A stretch of 64,000 nucleotides of DNA from Candidatus Woesebacteria bacterium RIFCSPLOWO2_01_FULL_39_23 (GCA_001793095.1 MGHG01000009.1:15450-79449), one strand, 5' to 3'; positions 1 to 10,150 are shown, counted from the stretch's first letter. Translations and numbers: made by a program. Notes: generated by a model from the sequence alone, not told the origin.

Positions 1-2
1 AT

Positions 3-1340
3 ATGGCGACAAAAGTGTCTCCAAAGCTTAGTCCCAAAATTCCACCTCATTCGATTGAAGCGGAAGAATCGGTTATCGGTGCACTTCTGATGGACCGCGA
101 CGCTATTGTGGCGATTGCAGAATTTTTAAGTCCGACGGATTTTTATGACCGACGGCACCAAGATATTTATATGTGTGTTCTGGCTTTATATGAAGAGCGG
201 GCACCGGTTGATATTCTTACGGTTTCAGAAAAATTAAAAAAGGCTAAATATTTGAAAGGGGTTGGTGGAACAACATATCTGGCCGAACTTGCCAATCGGG
301 TTCCGACCTCCGCGCACGTTGAACATTACGGAAAAATTGTTAAGGACGCAGCAACCAAAAGGTCGTTACTTTCGGCGGCGGGGAATATCGTCGAGTTGTC
401 GTTTGACGACGGTTTATCATCAGGTGATCTTCTGGACAAGGCAGAAGCTTCGATATTTGCTTTAACTCAAAAACACTTGGCCCAATCATTTACTTCAGTC
501 CGCAGTGCACTTGCAGAGAGTTTTGACAGGCTGGATGAGTTACACAAACGAGCTGATGGGTTAAGGGGAATACCAACGGGTTTTAAAGATATCGACGATA
601 CACTTGCTGGTCTTCAGGCTTCTAATTTGATTATTTTAGCAAGTCGCCCTGGAGTGGGGAAAACGTCACTCTCTCTCAATATCGCGCAAAACGTCGCCGT
701 AAAGTATAAAAGACCGGTCGGTTTCTTCTCGCTCGAAATGAGCAAAGAGGAGCTTGTCGACAGACTTTTGGTTGCACAAGCCGATATTGATGCTTGGAAA
801 TTAAAAACAGGAAAGCTCTCAGAAGATGATTTTACGTCACTGTCAAACGCGATGGGGGAATTGGCCGAAGCACCTCTCTATATCGATGATACACCTGCTT
901 TATCGATACTTGAGATGCGGACAAAAGCCAGAAGACTTCAAGTAGAAACGGGACTTGATCTTTTGGTAGTTGATTATCTGCAGCTTGCCCGTTCCCGACA
1001 ACTCGAAAACCGCGTTCAGGAGGTTTCTGAGATTTCTCAGGGGTTAAAAAACTTAGCCCGTGAACTTAAAATTCCTGTTCTTGCATTGTCTCAACTTTCG
1101 CGTGCGGTCGAGCAAAGGGGAGGTCCGAAAAGACCACAACTCGCCGATCTGAGGGAATCCGGCGGCATCGAACAGGATGCTGATGTTGTTATGTTTATAT
1201 GGCGCGAGGATGAGGATAATACTGAAAATATTGCGCTTGACGTCGCAAAACACAGAAACGGTCCACTAGCTTCTTTGAAACTGCGCTTCAGGGGAGAGCG
1301 AATCAAGTTCTACGGTCGCGAAGTGAAGCGCAGCAAGTAA
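3..1340 (+). CDS. dnaB: Replicative DNA helicase
   Basis: N-terminal PPHSIEAEESVIG, Walker A SRPGVGKT, FFSLEM, VVDYLQL, QLSRAVEQR, DLRESGGIEQDAD, KHRNGP. Confidence 0.97.
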   Translation: MATKVSPKLSPKIPPHSIEAEESVIGALLMDRDAIVAIAEFLSPTDFYDRRHQDIYMCVLALYEERAPVDILTVSEKLKKAKYLKGVGGTTYLAELANRVPTSAHVEHYGKIVKDAATKRSLLSAAGNIVELSFDDGLSSGDLLDKAEASIFALTQKHLAQSFTSVRSALAESFDRLDELHKRADGLRGIPTGFKDIDDTLAGLQASNLIILASRPGVGKTSLSLNIAQNVAVKYKRPVGFFSLEMSKEELVDRLLVAQADIDAWKLKTGKLSEDDFTSLSNAMGELAEAPLYIDDTPALSILEMRTKARRLQVETGLDLLVVDYLQLARSRQLENRVQEVSEISQGLKNLARELKIPVLALSQLSRAVEQRGGPKRPQLADLRESGGIEQDADVVMFIWREDEDNTENIALDVAKHRNGPLASLKLRFRGERIKFYGREVKRSK

Positions 1341-1432
1341 GCAGCCACAAGGTTTTGTGCAAAAACCATTTGACTTCAATCAAACTTAAATTTGAAGTGG
1401 AAATCTGGTAAAATACACTCAGGTTGCGATGC

Positions 1433-1517
1433 GCCGAGGTGGCGGAATGGCAGACGCGCAGGTCTCAAAAACCTGTGAGGCTCACACCTCGTGGAGGTTC
1501 GACTCCTCTCCTCGGCA
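1433..1517 (+). tRNA. tRNA-Leu(CAA), CCA not encoded
   Basis: GCCGAGG/CCTCGGC acceptor stem, D-loop GGAATGGCAGAC, anticodon arm CAGGT-CTCAAAA-ACCTG, long variable arm, GGTTCGACTCC T-arm. Confidence 0.95.
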
Positions 1518-1581
1518 CTTACTCTCTATGTGCTTTATTATCTTGTAAAACATAACTTAGAAGAAGTAAAATACCCCTGTT

Positions 1582-2667
1582 ATGAGTTTAGTTGACCCCA
1601 GAGTTAAAAAACAGGCTGAGATATTGATTGACCACTCGCTAAAGGTTAAAAAGGGTGAAAAAGTTGTCGTGATAGGCAATTTTCAGGCAAAAGATTTGAT
1701 GCTTGAGATATATAGACTTTTGGTTAAAAGTGGGGTAGTGGATGTTATTAATAAATTTGACACATATGATTTTGCCGAAACGTTTTTCAAAGAAGCTAGT
1801 ACTGATCAGATTAATTATTTTCCCAAGTTTGACATGGAGGAGGTAAAGTATGCGGATTGCTATCTTCGTATAGCTGCTCCCATAAATACCCGAGGTTTAT
1901 CCGGAGTTGACCCTGATAAGATATCTCAAAGATCGAAAGTCTTAAAACCAATTACTGATTATCGGGTTGAGAAAACAAGATGGGTTATTACGCGATTTCC
2001 GACTGAATCTCAGGCTCAGGAGGCAGATATGTCGCTATCGGACTACGCGGATTTTGTTTTCAGTGCGATTAACAACGTCGATTGGAAAAAGCAGTTTAAA
2101 GAACAGGAGAAGCTGCGAATGAGAGTCGATACGACACAGACTGTTCGGATAATAGGCAGTGGCACTGATTTGAAATTAGGCATTAAAGGCAGAAAAGCAG
2201 TAAATGCCGCAGGTGAATTTAATATGCCGGACGGTGAGGTATTTACATCAGTTGTGGAGAACGAAGCAAATGGTTATATAACTTACTCATTCCCGGCTTT
2301 ATATCTCGGTAGGGAATTTAATGATGTTAGGTTGGAGTTTAAGAACGGAAAAGTTATCAGTGCCACAGCATCGAAGAATGAGGAAGCATTAAATAAAATA
2401 TTAGATATGGATGCCGGATCACGCTACATCGGGGAGTTGGGGATCGGAAATAATTTTAATATTAAGAAATTTACAAAAGATATTTTGTTTGATGAAAAAA
2501 TCGGAGGAAGTATTCATATAGCATTAGGAAAAGGTTACAAGGAGACAAAAAGTAACAATGTGTCCGCGTTACATTGGGATATGATAAAGGATTTGAGGGG
2601 CGAAGGAAAATTGTGGTTCGATAATAAACTGGTTCAGAAGAACGGTAAATGGCTTATAAATATTTAA
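1582..2667 (+). CDS. Aminopeptidase (peptidase M29, AmpS/AmpT-like)
   Basis: NMPDGEVF, GELGIG, LFDEKIGGSIHIALG, SALHWDMI motifs. Confidence 0.9.
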   Translation: MSLVDPRVKKQAEILIDHSLKVKKGEKVVVIGNFQAKDLMLEIYRLLVKSGVVDVINKFDTYDFAETFFKEASTDQINYFPKFDMEEVKYADCYLRIAAPINTRGLSGVDPDKISQRSKVLKPITDYRVEKTRWVITRFPTESQAQEADMSLSDYADFVFSAINNVDWKKQFKEQEKLRMRVDTTQTVRIIGSGTDLKLGIKGRKAVNAAGEFNMPDGEVFTSVVENEANGYITYSFPALYLGREFNDVRLEFKNGKVISATASKNEEALNKILDMDAGSRYIGELGIGNNFNIKKFTKDILFDEKIGGSIHIALGKGYKETKSNNVSALHWDMIKDLRGEGKLWFDNKLVQKNGKWLINI

Positions 2668-2703
2668 TTTTCTTTGCCTGACTTTCTTTTCAAAGAAAGT
2701 CAG
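2668..2703 (+). promoter_or_regulatory. Conserved 5'-leader hairpin/triplex-capable motif, copy before efp
   Basis: TTTCTTTG-C-CTGACTTTCTTT-TC-AAAGAAAGTCAG, 8 nt before ATG 2712; three further copies in the window. Confidence 0.7.
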
Positions 2704-2711
2704 TGATAAGT

Positions 2712-3272
2712 ATGATTACGGTACAGGATCTAAAAAACGGCACAACATTTCAAATGGATGGAAGTCCGTATGTGGTTTTGAAATACGAACACATTAAAGT
2801 GGGTAGGGGATCGGCAACAATCAAGGTTAAAATAAGGAACCTTAAAAACGGATTAATTGCTGAAAAAAACTTCATCAACTCAGCTAAAGTCGAGGAAATT
2901 AATACCAAAAAAAGGCAGTTGCAATATCTGTATCGTGACGGTAAGGACTTATATTTTATGGATCCAAAAAACTATGACCAGATAAGTCTGAATGAAAGCA
3001 TACTGGGTAACGGAACGGCGTTTCTAAAAGACGGCATGGATGTGGATATCCTTTTTTGGGATGAAAAACCGCTGACCGTCGATCTACCTCCCAAAATGGA
3101 GCTTAAGGTAACCGAGACTGATCCGGGGGTTAAGGGAAACTCTGCCGCGAATGTCTATAAACCGGCAATTTTAGAAAATGGCTTGCAGGTTAAGGTGCCG
3201 CTTTTTATTAATAGCGGAGATAAAATTAGAGTTGATACACGAACGGGAGAGTATGTAGAGAGAGCAAAATAA
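2712..3272 (+). CDS. efp: Translation elongation factor P
   Basis: HIKVGRGSATIK loop, QYLY, FMD, TDPGVKGNSA, KPAILENG, VPLFI, DTRTGEYVER. Confidence 0.96.
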   Translation: MITVQDLKNGTTFQMDGSPYVVLKYEHIKVGRGSATIKVKIRNLKNGLIAEKNFINSAKVEEINTKKRQLQYLYRDGKDLYFMDPKNYDQISLNESILGNGTAFLKDGMDVDILFWDEKPLTVDLPPKMELKVTETDPGVKGNSAANVYKPAILENGLQVKVPLFINSGDKIRVDTRTGEYVERAK

Positions 3273-3319
3273 AAAAACTCCAAAAATCCAAAACTCAAAA
3301 TAGAAAAACAATAAATTTA

Positions 3320-3781
3320 TTACGCTCTTAGCCACCACAAAGCAGTTAAAATCGTAATTGTTTGCGTCAATAATCCCCAAGCTGGAGTGGTGTCCACCTG
3401 CAGGCTCTTTTGAAAGCCGATCCATTTTTTAATGAGATTATTTTTCCAATTTAAGAAAAAATATGGTGCTTCCACCAGGTCAGGTAAAACAGCGAAAAAT
3501 GATGCACCGATAATTGTAAGAGCTTGCGTAGCATTAGGGAGCGACCAGGAGGCGATAGTTAACCCGGATATTAATGCTATAAAGGAATCTAGTAAGACCA
3601 ATCTGAAAGATTGTGAGGTTACTTTACCGAATTTTACGGTTTCGACATTTAGGTGAGGGTTCCAATGGGGTACCTTTTCCAGTACGAAGTGGCTAATAAA
3701 TGCTAACGGGATTGCTAGGTAAGGATTGCCTACCTTTGAGGCGATTACAGCACCTACAATAACATGTGGCGTTTCTAACAC
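3320..3781 (-). CDS. Membrane protein, YdjM-like metal-dependent hydrolase-like
   Basis: TPH..VG, SHFVLEKVPH, LPD motifs with hydrophobic segments. Confidence 0.5.
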   Translation of the reverse strand: MLETPHVIVGAVIASKVGNPYLAIPLAFISHFVLEKVPHWNPHLNVETVKFGKVTSQSFRLVLLDSFIALISGLTIASWSLPNATQALTIIGASFFAVLPDLVEAPYFFLNWKNNLIKKWIGFQKSLQVDTTPAWGLLTQTITILTALWWLRA

Positions 3782-3890
3782 AATGTATAATCATATACCT
3801 TTTCGTCAACGGTAGGCAAACCTGGTATCAGTAAAGTTTGGCCTTCTTGAATCTGGTATAATAATCCTTTGATTGGGGAAACCGTTTGGC

Positions 3891-4496
3891 ATGTTAATTA
3901 ATGTTCTTTCCATAGCTATTAATTTATTCGGGGTGGTGCTTGCCTTTTTCTTTTTTTGGAGGAGACTGAAAGAAGACTATATTCCGGATCAGATTTTTAC
4001 ACTTGCATTTTGGGTTTTATTTACTTTCCTAGCTAGTTTAGCGCTAGCTTTACTTTTTGTGCATACACTTGCATTCTGGTTACCGCTTGTTACGTCTTTA
4101 ACGGTGTTGATATATTTAAGCAAACGTTCAGGAATGCATTTTTTTGAGGTCTTGGAAGCGGGAATATTATCTTTTCTGGCTTGGTTTTTCATATTTTCCT
4201 TGAGTTTACTTATAGCTAACAGAAGTTCGCAGGTATTTAGCCTGATTGGCATTAATTTAATTTCGCTTACTCTTTTTTTTCTGGTTGACGCGCATTATAA
4301 GAAGATTACATGGTACCGATCGGGTAGGGCAGGGTTTACGGGCATGTTTGTTGTCGGTCTTTATTTTCTGGTTAGATCAGGGGTTGCACTACTTTCTCCG
4401 AATATGTTAATCTTCATGACAGAATACGATGTTTTTATTTCAGGTATAATATCGTTTACAGCTTTTTTAACAATATTTAACTTAGCAAAAGCATGA
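3891..4496 (+). CDS. Multi-pass membrane protein, possibly Lgt-like
   Basis: About 7 hydrophobic segments and a G..Y..R motif; sits before dksA-like and rluA-like genes; ATG 3891 preferred over TTG 3873. Confidence 0.45.
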   Translation: MLINVLSIAINLFGVVLAFFFFWRRLKEDYIPDQIFTLAFWVLFTFLASLALALLFVHTLAFWLPLVTSLTVLIYLSKRSGMHFFEVLEAGILSFLAWFFIFSLSLLIANRSSQVFSLIGINLISLTLFFLVDAHYKKITWYRSGRAGFTGMFVVGLYFLVRSGVALLSPNMLIFMTEYDVFISGIISFTAFLTIFNLAKA

Positions 4497-4897
4497 AAAA
4501 TAAAAAACAAAGAAATAAAACAGCTAAAGGCAGTACAATCCGTTTTCCCGGAAATGTACTTACTCCGGTGGCAAAATTTCTTAAGGCTAATTTAAAGAAA
4601 CTTGAGTTCAGGAAAAAGGAGATTACAAAAGAAGATCCGTTTAAGAACAGCGCGAGGCTTGTTGATAATGCTTCGCCGGACGCTGATGCTGAGGAGCAGT
4701 TCAGTCACGCCAGAACAACGGCCATACGGGAACAGATAGACAGGAAAATTATTCAAACAAGAAAAGCGCTGACTCGAATAAAGATAGGGAAATATGGTAT
4801 TTGCGAGGATTGCGGAAAAATGATAGACACGGATAGGTTAATGGCTTATCCGGAAGCGACTCTGTGTGCTGAAGATCAGGCCAGGAGGGAGAAATAG
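4493..4897 (+). CDS. TraR/DksA family zinc-finger protein
   Basis: ALTRIKIGKYGICEDCGKMIDTDRLMAYPEATLC. Confidence 0.85.
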   Translation: MKNKKQRNKTAKGSTIRFPGNVLTPVAKFLKANLKKLEFRKKEITKEDPFKNSARLVDNASPDADAEEQFSHARTTAIREQIDRKIIQTRKALTRIKIGKYGICEDCGKMIDTDRLMAYPEATLCAEDQARREK

Positions 4898-4934
4898 TTA
4901 ATTCGTTAGTTAGTTATTTTGTTCATCGTAATAT

Positions 4935-4954
4935 CCGCCCTAAGGCGGTTTTTT
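4935..4954 (+). terminator. Possible intrinsic terminator
   Basis: CCGCC-CTAA-GGCGG followed by TTTTTT. Confidence 0.55.
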
Positions 4955-4971
4955 AGTGCTAGAATAATTGT

Positions 4972-5763
4972 ATGGAACCTAAAGTAATATTTGAGGATGA
5001 GTACATTCTTGTAATAGATAAACCGTCGGGGTGGGTAGTGAATGACGCAGACACCACCAAAAATATTATTACTGTTCAAGGCTGGCTAGCGAAAAATTGT
5101 AAATATGAACTAGCTCAAGACAGCGTTTATAGGAGTGGAATAGTTCATAGGTTGGATAAAGAGACGAGCGGGGTACTCATTATTGCTAAAACAAAAGACT
5201 TGTTTACTAATTTACAGGCACAATTTAAGAATAGGCAAATTAATAAAAGTTATATAGCACTTGTACACGGCATTGTTGATCCGCCTGCCGGCGGAGAAGG
5301 GGAGATAAATATAGCTGTCGGGAGATTACCTTGGAATAGACGTAGATTCGGAGTACTTCCGGGAGGTAGGGAAGCAATAACACGCTATCGCGTAAATTCC
5401 AATTACCAATTCCTCTCCGAGCCGGAGAGCTCTCTTTCCGAGTCGGAGATTCTTCCAAGTCGGAGACCGAGCCGGAGGCTAAAATCCAATGAGAAATATA
5501 CACTTCTTGAGCTTTATCCTAAAACCGGAAGAACTCACCAACTAAGAATTCATCTTAAATATCTAGGACACCCGATTGTGTCTGATGGTTTTTATGCTGG
5601 CAGAAAAACATCCAGAGAGGACCTTAAATGGTGTAACAGGATGTTTTTACATGCTCAGAAAATACAATTTTCTCATCCTATTAACGCGAAGCCAATAGAA
5701 ATCGAATCTCCGATTCCAGCCGATTTAGTAGAAGCTCTTAAACTTCTTAGTGAAATAACTTAG
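4972..5763 (+). CDS. RluA/RluD family pseudouridine synthase with in-frame palindromic insertions
   Basis: DKPSG, VHRLDKETSG (catalytic Asp), TGRTHQLRIH, GHPIVSD, MFLHA. Confidence 0.93.
   Translation: MEPKVIFEDEYILVIDKPSGWVVNDADTTKNIITVQGWLAKNCKYELAQDSVYRSGIVHRLDKETSGVLIIAKTKDLFTNLQAQFKNRQINKSYIALVHGIVDPPAGGEGEINIAVGRLPWNRRRFGVLPGGREAITRYRVNSNYQFLSEPESSLSESEILPSRRPSRRLKSNEKYTLLELYPKTGRTHQLRIHLKYLGHPIVSDGFYAGRKTSREDLKWCNRMFLHAQKIQFSHPINAKPIEIESPIPADLVEALKLLSEIT
5412..5480. repeat. CTCCGAGCCGGAG mini-hairpin repeat element inside the rluA-family CDS
   Basis: Four tandem TCCGAGYCGGAG-like units; related copies at 27885-27950 and 36511-36544. Confidence 0.7.
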
Positions 5764-5824
5764 TATGTTTACCTGAGCTTTACAACGAACTGCTTACTCT
5801 TTAAACTGATATGAATTACTGCCC

Positions 5825-7495
5825 ATGAGTTTTACAGAAATATCGGTTATTTTTTTTACGGCTTCAATATTTGCAATATTGGCTAAAACTATTAAACAGC
5901 CCCTTTTGATTGGTTATATATTTGCTGGATTGCTTTTGGGGGCATTGGGACTTTCGGGAAACATCCACTCTTTTGAATCATTAAGTCAGCTGGGAATTGC
6001 TTTACTGCTGTTTCTTTTAGGTTTGGAAATGAATCTTTCTGAGGTCCACTTAATCGGAAAAGTTGCTTTTATTACAGGAGTAACTCAGATATTGGTTACG
6101 ACATTTTTTGGTTTTATTTTGAGTACGTTATTTGGATTTGATCGGTTGCCCTCGCTTTATATCGCGGCGGCACTTTCGTTTTCTTCGACAATTATCGTTA
6201 TAAAACTTTTGTCAGAAAAGAAGGATCTGAATAGTTTGTACGGAAAAATTTCTATCGGGTTTCTTCTGGTTCAGGACCTTTTTGCAATTCTTATCCTGAT
6301 ATTTTTGTCTGGCCTCAAGGCAGGTACAAATCCGGATTTTATGAATTTTGCCACTTTGTTTTTAAGGGCCATTGTTCTTTTGGTTTTGGTTTGGATTCTC
6401 GCCAAAAAAATTTTTCCTATTTTCATCGAAAAATATGTCGCCGGCTCAGGTGAGCTTCTGTTCGTTACTAGTATCGCCTGGGCATTGGGTTTTGCTGCTT
6501 TTGTCGCGGGTCCCATGGGATTTTCTGTCGAGATAGGAGGTTTTCTGGCAGGCCTGTCGTTATCGACTCTACCCGAACACTATCAGATAGCTTCGAAAAC
6601 AAAACCTTTGCGTGATTTTTTTCTAATAATCTTTTTCCTGCTTCTTGGATCAAAATTGGTTATATCGAGTGCATCTTTATTGTTAATGCCAACTGCTTTA
6701 GTTTTGTCGTTTTATGTTTTGGTGTCTCACACGGTAATACTGTTTGTGATATTGGGTTTTTTAGGCTTTAGAAAAAGAACTTCATTTTTGGTAGGTTTAA
6801 CGGTCGCACAGATATCGGAATTTTCGATAATATTAGTTGCTATAGGATTATCTTTGGGTCATATTACGGGACCAATAGTTTCTTTAATTACGATGGTAGG
6901 CATAATTACGATGACGATATCCACCTATCTGATATTGGGATCGGAAAATTTATACGAGAGATTTAAACATAAGTTATCTATATTTGAACGCAAGTTTCCG
7001 AAAGAGCTCTCAATTCCTATGCACTTCGAACTCGAAAATCACATAGTTCTTGTGGGCTGCGATAGGACGGGTAAATCAATATTGTCTTATCTGGTCAGAA
7101 AAAATTTAAAGATCGTTGTCATTGATTTTAACCCGAGTGTTTATTCGAAGCTTTGTGAGCAAAAAATACCGGTGATTTTGGGTGATGTTAATGATTCAGA
7201 CGTAGCAGATTTTGCATCAATTCGTGAAGCGGGATTGGTTATTTCCACAATAGGGAACTTTAATGACAATATCAGGCTTTTGGCCGAGCTTGATAGTCAA
7301 AAGCAAACGGTAGTTATTGTTGCTTCGACAAGATCTGAAGCACTGCGGTTATACGAGCGGGGAGCAAGTTATGTTATAGTACCCGAATTTTTGGCAGGGG
7401 AACATTTAAAGCATCTGTTAATTCACTTTAAAGGTTTCTATGCCAAATTTAAGAAAATAGGCCGGCGGCAACATGAGAAATTAATTAATGGATAG
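5825..7495 (+). CDS. Cation:proton antiporter (CPA2, Kef-like) with C-terminal TrkA-N/RCK domain
   Basis: About 12-13 TM segments, LLFLLGLE, SSTII, LLVQD, AQISEFS; soluble HIVLVGCDRTG...VILGD domain. Confidence 0.88.
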   Translation: MSFTEISVIFFTASIFAILAKTIKQPLLIGYIFAGLLLGALGLSGNIHSFESLSQLGIALLLFLLGLEMNLSEVHLIGKVAFITGVTQILVTTFFGFILSTLFGFDRLPSLYIAAALSFSSTIIVIKLLSEKKDLNSLYGKISIGFLLVQDLFAILILIFLSGLKAGTNPDFMNFATLFLRAIVLLVLVWILAKKIFPIFIEKYVAGSGELLFVTSIAWALGFAAFVAGPMGFSVEIGGFLAGLSLSTLPEHYQIASKTKPLRDFFLIIFFLLLGSKLVISSASLLLMPTALVLSFYVLVSHTVILFVILGFLGFRKRTSFLVGLTVAQISEFSIILVAIGLSLGHITGPIVSLITMVGIITMTISTYLILGSENLYERFKHKLSIFERKFPKELSIPMHFELENHIVLVGCDRTGKSILSYLVRKNLKIVVIDFNPSVYSKLCEQKIPVILGDVNDSDVADFASIREAGLVISTIGNFNDNIRLLAELDSQKQTVVIVASTRSEALRLYERGASYVIVPEFLAGEHLKHLLIHFKGFYAKFKKIGRRQHEKLING

Positions 7496-7506
7496 TTAAT
7501 GAGTAT

Positions 7507-8484
7507 ATGGTAACGAGAACTAATGTTAGACACGTAAAAAAATTATTGAAGTCCAGGAATGAGCGTAAAAGGCGTGTAAGTAACAATAAGATGGGGAAGG
7601 GGAGTAGCATACTATCCAGAGCAATTTTGTTATTAGTTTTCCTCTTTGTACTAGTTCTTATTATTTTAGTGCGTGGAAAAAGGAGTTTGATCGAGGGAGT
7701 AAACAAAGTAAATATAGCTCTAAGGACGCATAACGACGATGTTGAAGTTTTAAGCTTCGATTTTAAGAGGGGTGAGATAAATGAAGTTATAATTCCGGGT
7801 GACACCGAGGTTGTTGTCGCAAGAGGTTTGGGTGAATTTAGACTGGAAAATGTATGGAGAGTTAGCGAGGACGAAGGCTTGGGCGGGGAACTCTTGGCCG
7901 AAACACTGACCAGTTATCTTAAAATTCCGGTTTATATATGGGCAGATGAAACGGCTGGGGCTTTGGCAGAAAAACATGTTATCGCATTGATCAAGGCGGT
8001 AATACTACCATACAAAACAAATTTGACGTTCTTAGACAAGGCCAAAATTGCATATTTTAATTTATCCGTGAAAAATACTAAAAGAGAAACAATAAATCTG
8101 GCTGACTATTCGTATTTAAAAAAACAGGTTTTGATTGACGGCGAGGAGGGTTTTGTACTATCGGGAAAACCTCCAAGTGAACTTTATAGTTTATATAGCG
8201 TTGAGGAAATTTCGGAAAAAGCTTTACGGGTATCTCTGGATGATGAGTCAGGAGAGGGAACGGTTTCTGAAAATCTTGCTCAGGTTATTGATGTTTTGGG
8301 TGCGAAAATCGCAGTAGTTAATACCAAAGAAGAAAAACGGGGTTTTTGTGAAGTTAAGGGGAGCAGTGATGTATTAATAAGTGAGCTTCAAAAGTTATTT
8401 AATTGTACGAGAGTTGCAGAGGTAAGTGATGATGTTTTTGATGTAAATATTAAGATCGGAAGTGATTTTTCGAAGGGATTTTAA
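7507..8484 (+). CDS. Membrane-anchored hypothetical protein, possibly LytR C-terminal-like domain
   Basis: Basic N-terminus, single TM helix, C-terminal Cys pair and DVNIKIGSDF end. Confidence 0.45.
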   Translation: MVTRTNVRHVKKLLKSRNERKRRVSNNKMGKGSSILSRAILLLVFLFVLVLIILVRGKRSLIEGVNKVNIALRTHNDDVEVLSFDFKRGEINEVIIPGDTEVVVARGLGEFRLENVWRVSEDEGLGGELLAETLTSYLKIPVYIWADETAGALAEKHVIALIKAVILPYKTNLTFLDKAKIAYFNLSVKNTKRETINLADYSYLKKQVLIDGEEGFVLSGKPPSELYSLYSVEEISEKALRVSLDDESGEGTVSENLAQVIDVLGAKIAVVNTKEEKRGFCEVKGSSDVLISELQKLFNCTRVAEVSDDVFDVNIKIGSDFSKGF

Positions 8485-8486
8485 GT

Positions 8487-9188
8487 TTATTCTTCGAGAT
8501 CTTCTAAAGCAACTGTTTCGATCTCTCCGTCAGCTTTTTTGTGCACCAACTCAGGGGGAGTATACGAGATGTAGTCGATTTTCTCCGGTGGAAATGACGG
8601 AAAATCTCTGAATTTTGGCGGGCGCAACGTTTCTTTAATAAAAACCCTTACCTCGTTTTTGTTTGTTGATTTGATAAAAACTACATATTGATAACCTTGT
8701 AGAGACAACTTTTTTATTCTCGAAGACATATCATCGGAGAGTTTGCCTACATATTTAAGATCATTTGAGATTATTGAGACTCTATGGCTCCTTAGGCTCA
8801 TATTTACGACATCTCCGGCATCTAGTTTAGCCAGAATCTTGGGATCTCCAAGGTGAAGAAGTGTTACCGACTTTGTTTTCCCGGGTTCCTCGATGTAGTT
8901 TTGGGGAGTAATATTTATGGGTGCTTGCTTGTCCAACTTTTTGATATCTTTCCATTTTTCTAGAGATTTTAAAGCAATGGTATTAAAAGGGTCAATTGCA
9001 ACTACCTTTTGAGCGGTTTCTTTCGCTCTCTTGATGTCTCCGAGTTCGAAATACGCTCTTGAAAGGCGGTTAAGACAGTCGACATCTTCCGGTTCTTGTT
9101 TAATTATTTTGAGGTTTATTGTAAGGGCGTTGTCCCAATTACCTGTTAATGCTGCAGAAATGGCTTGTTGGGCAAGATCGGTATACAT
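8487..9188 (-). CDS. TPR-containing protein
   Basis: N-terminal TPR-like helices (CLNRLSRAYFELG...AQKVVAIDPFN). Confidence 0.7.
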   Translation of the reverse strand: MYTDLAQQAISAALTGNWDNALTINLKIIKQEPEDVDCLNRLSRAYFELGDIKRAKETAQKVVAIDPFNTIALKSLEKWKDIKKLDKQAPINITPQNYIEEPGKTKSVTLLHLGDPKILAKLDAGDVVNMSLRSHRVSIISNDLKYVGKLSDDMSSRIKKLSLQGYQYVVFIKSTNKNEVRVFIKETLRPPKFRDFPSFPPEKIDYISYTPPELVHKKADGEIETVALEDLEE

Positions 9189-9265
9189 TTTAGTTGGGAG
9201 TTGTTTTTTACTCTTTTGAGTATAGAAGCGTGGATTTAGTTGTCAAGAGGTTTTGGTGTATAATA

Positions 9266-9385
9266 TCAGAGAACCTGAGACTCGGAAAACTCGGAGTACC
9301 GGAAAATCAGATAACCAGATATTCAAATCTTCTGACTTTCTGACTGTCCGATAATCTCAACTTCCGAGGATTTCGATTCTCTGTG
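9266..9385. repeat. 8-9 nt periodic TCRGA/TCYGA inverted array
   Basis: CTCGGAAAA CTCGGAGTA CCGGAAAA TCAGATAA then TCTGACTT TCTGACTG TCCGATAA; similar arrays at 20622 and 23500. Confidence 0.65.
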
Positions 9386-9390
9386 ATATT

Positions 9391-10146
9391 ATGTCAGGAC
9401 ATTCACATTATTCAACAATTAAAAGGCAAAAAGGTATAAAAGATGCTCAGAAGGGAAGAGTATTTTCTAAACTTTCAAGATTAATATCTTTAGCCGTAAA
9501 AGCGGGCGGCGGGATTACAGATCCTTCTGCTAACTATAAGCTGCGTATGGCGATTGAGTCTGCTAGGGCAGCCAATATGCCTAAGGAAAATGTAGAGCGA
9601 GCTATAAGTAGGGCGGGGGTCGAGGCGGAATCCCTTGAAGAGATGACTTATGAGGGTTACGGACCGATGGGTATAGCAGTTATTGTGGAGGTAACAACCG
9701 ATAGCAGAAACAGAACCGGACAAGAAATTAAAAACATTTTTGAAAGGGTGGGGGGGTCATTGGGTGGTCCCGGTTCAGTTTCGTTTAATTTTGATACGCA
9801 AGGATTAATTGTTATACCCAAAAGTGATAATGCTCAAACGCAAATTCTTAATCTTATTGATATGGGTGTAGAGGATTTTCAGGAAGAACAAGACTCAATC
9901 GAGATTTATACACAACAGGATAAAGTATCAGATATTAAAGAGAAATTGATAGCACAAGGTATAAACGTTGTTTCTTCGGATATTATAAAAAGACCCAAAA
10001 ATTATCAAACCCTGACAAATTCGGTTGAGGTGGAGCGGGCTTTGAATTTTTTAGAAAAAATTGAAGATCACGATGATGTACAAAAAGTGTTTACGAATAT
10101 AGATATTCCAGACGAACTTATTAATAAGCAGGAAGCTGCTTCTTAA
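9391..10146 (+). CDS. yebC: YebC/PmpR family protein
   Basis: MSGHSH.STIKRQKG, NMPKENVERAI, YEGYGP.G, DHDDVQKVFTN. Confidence 0.95.
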   Translation: MSGHSHYSTIKRQKGIKDAQKGRVFSKLSRLISLAVKAGGGITDPSANYKLRMAIESARAANMPKENVERAISRAGVEAESLEEMTYEGYGPMGIAVIVEVTTDSRNRTGQEIKNIFERVGGSLGGPGSVSFNFDTQGLIVIPKSDNAQTQILNLIDMGVEDFQEEQDSIEIYTQQDKVSDIKEKLIAQGINVVSSDIIKRPKNYQTLTNSVEVERALNFLEKIEDHDDVQKVFTNIDIPDELINKQEAAS

Positions 10147-10150
10147 TTTA

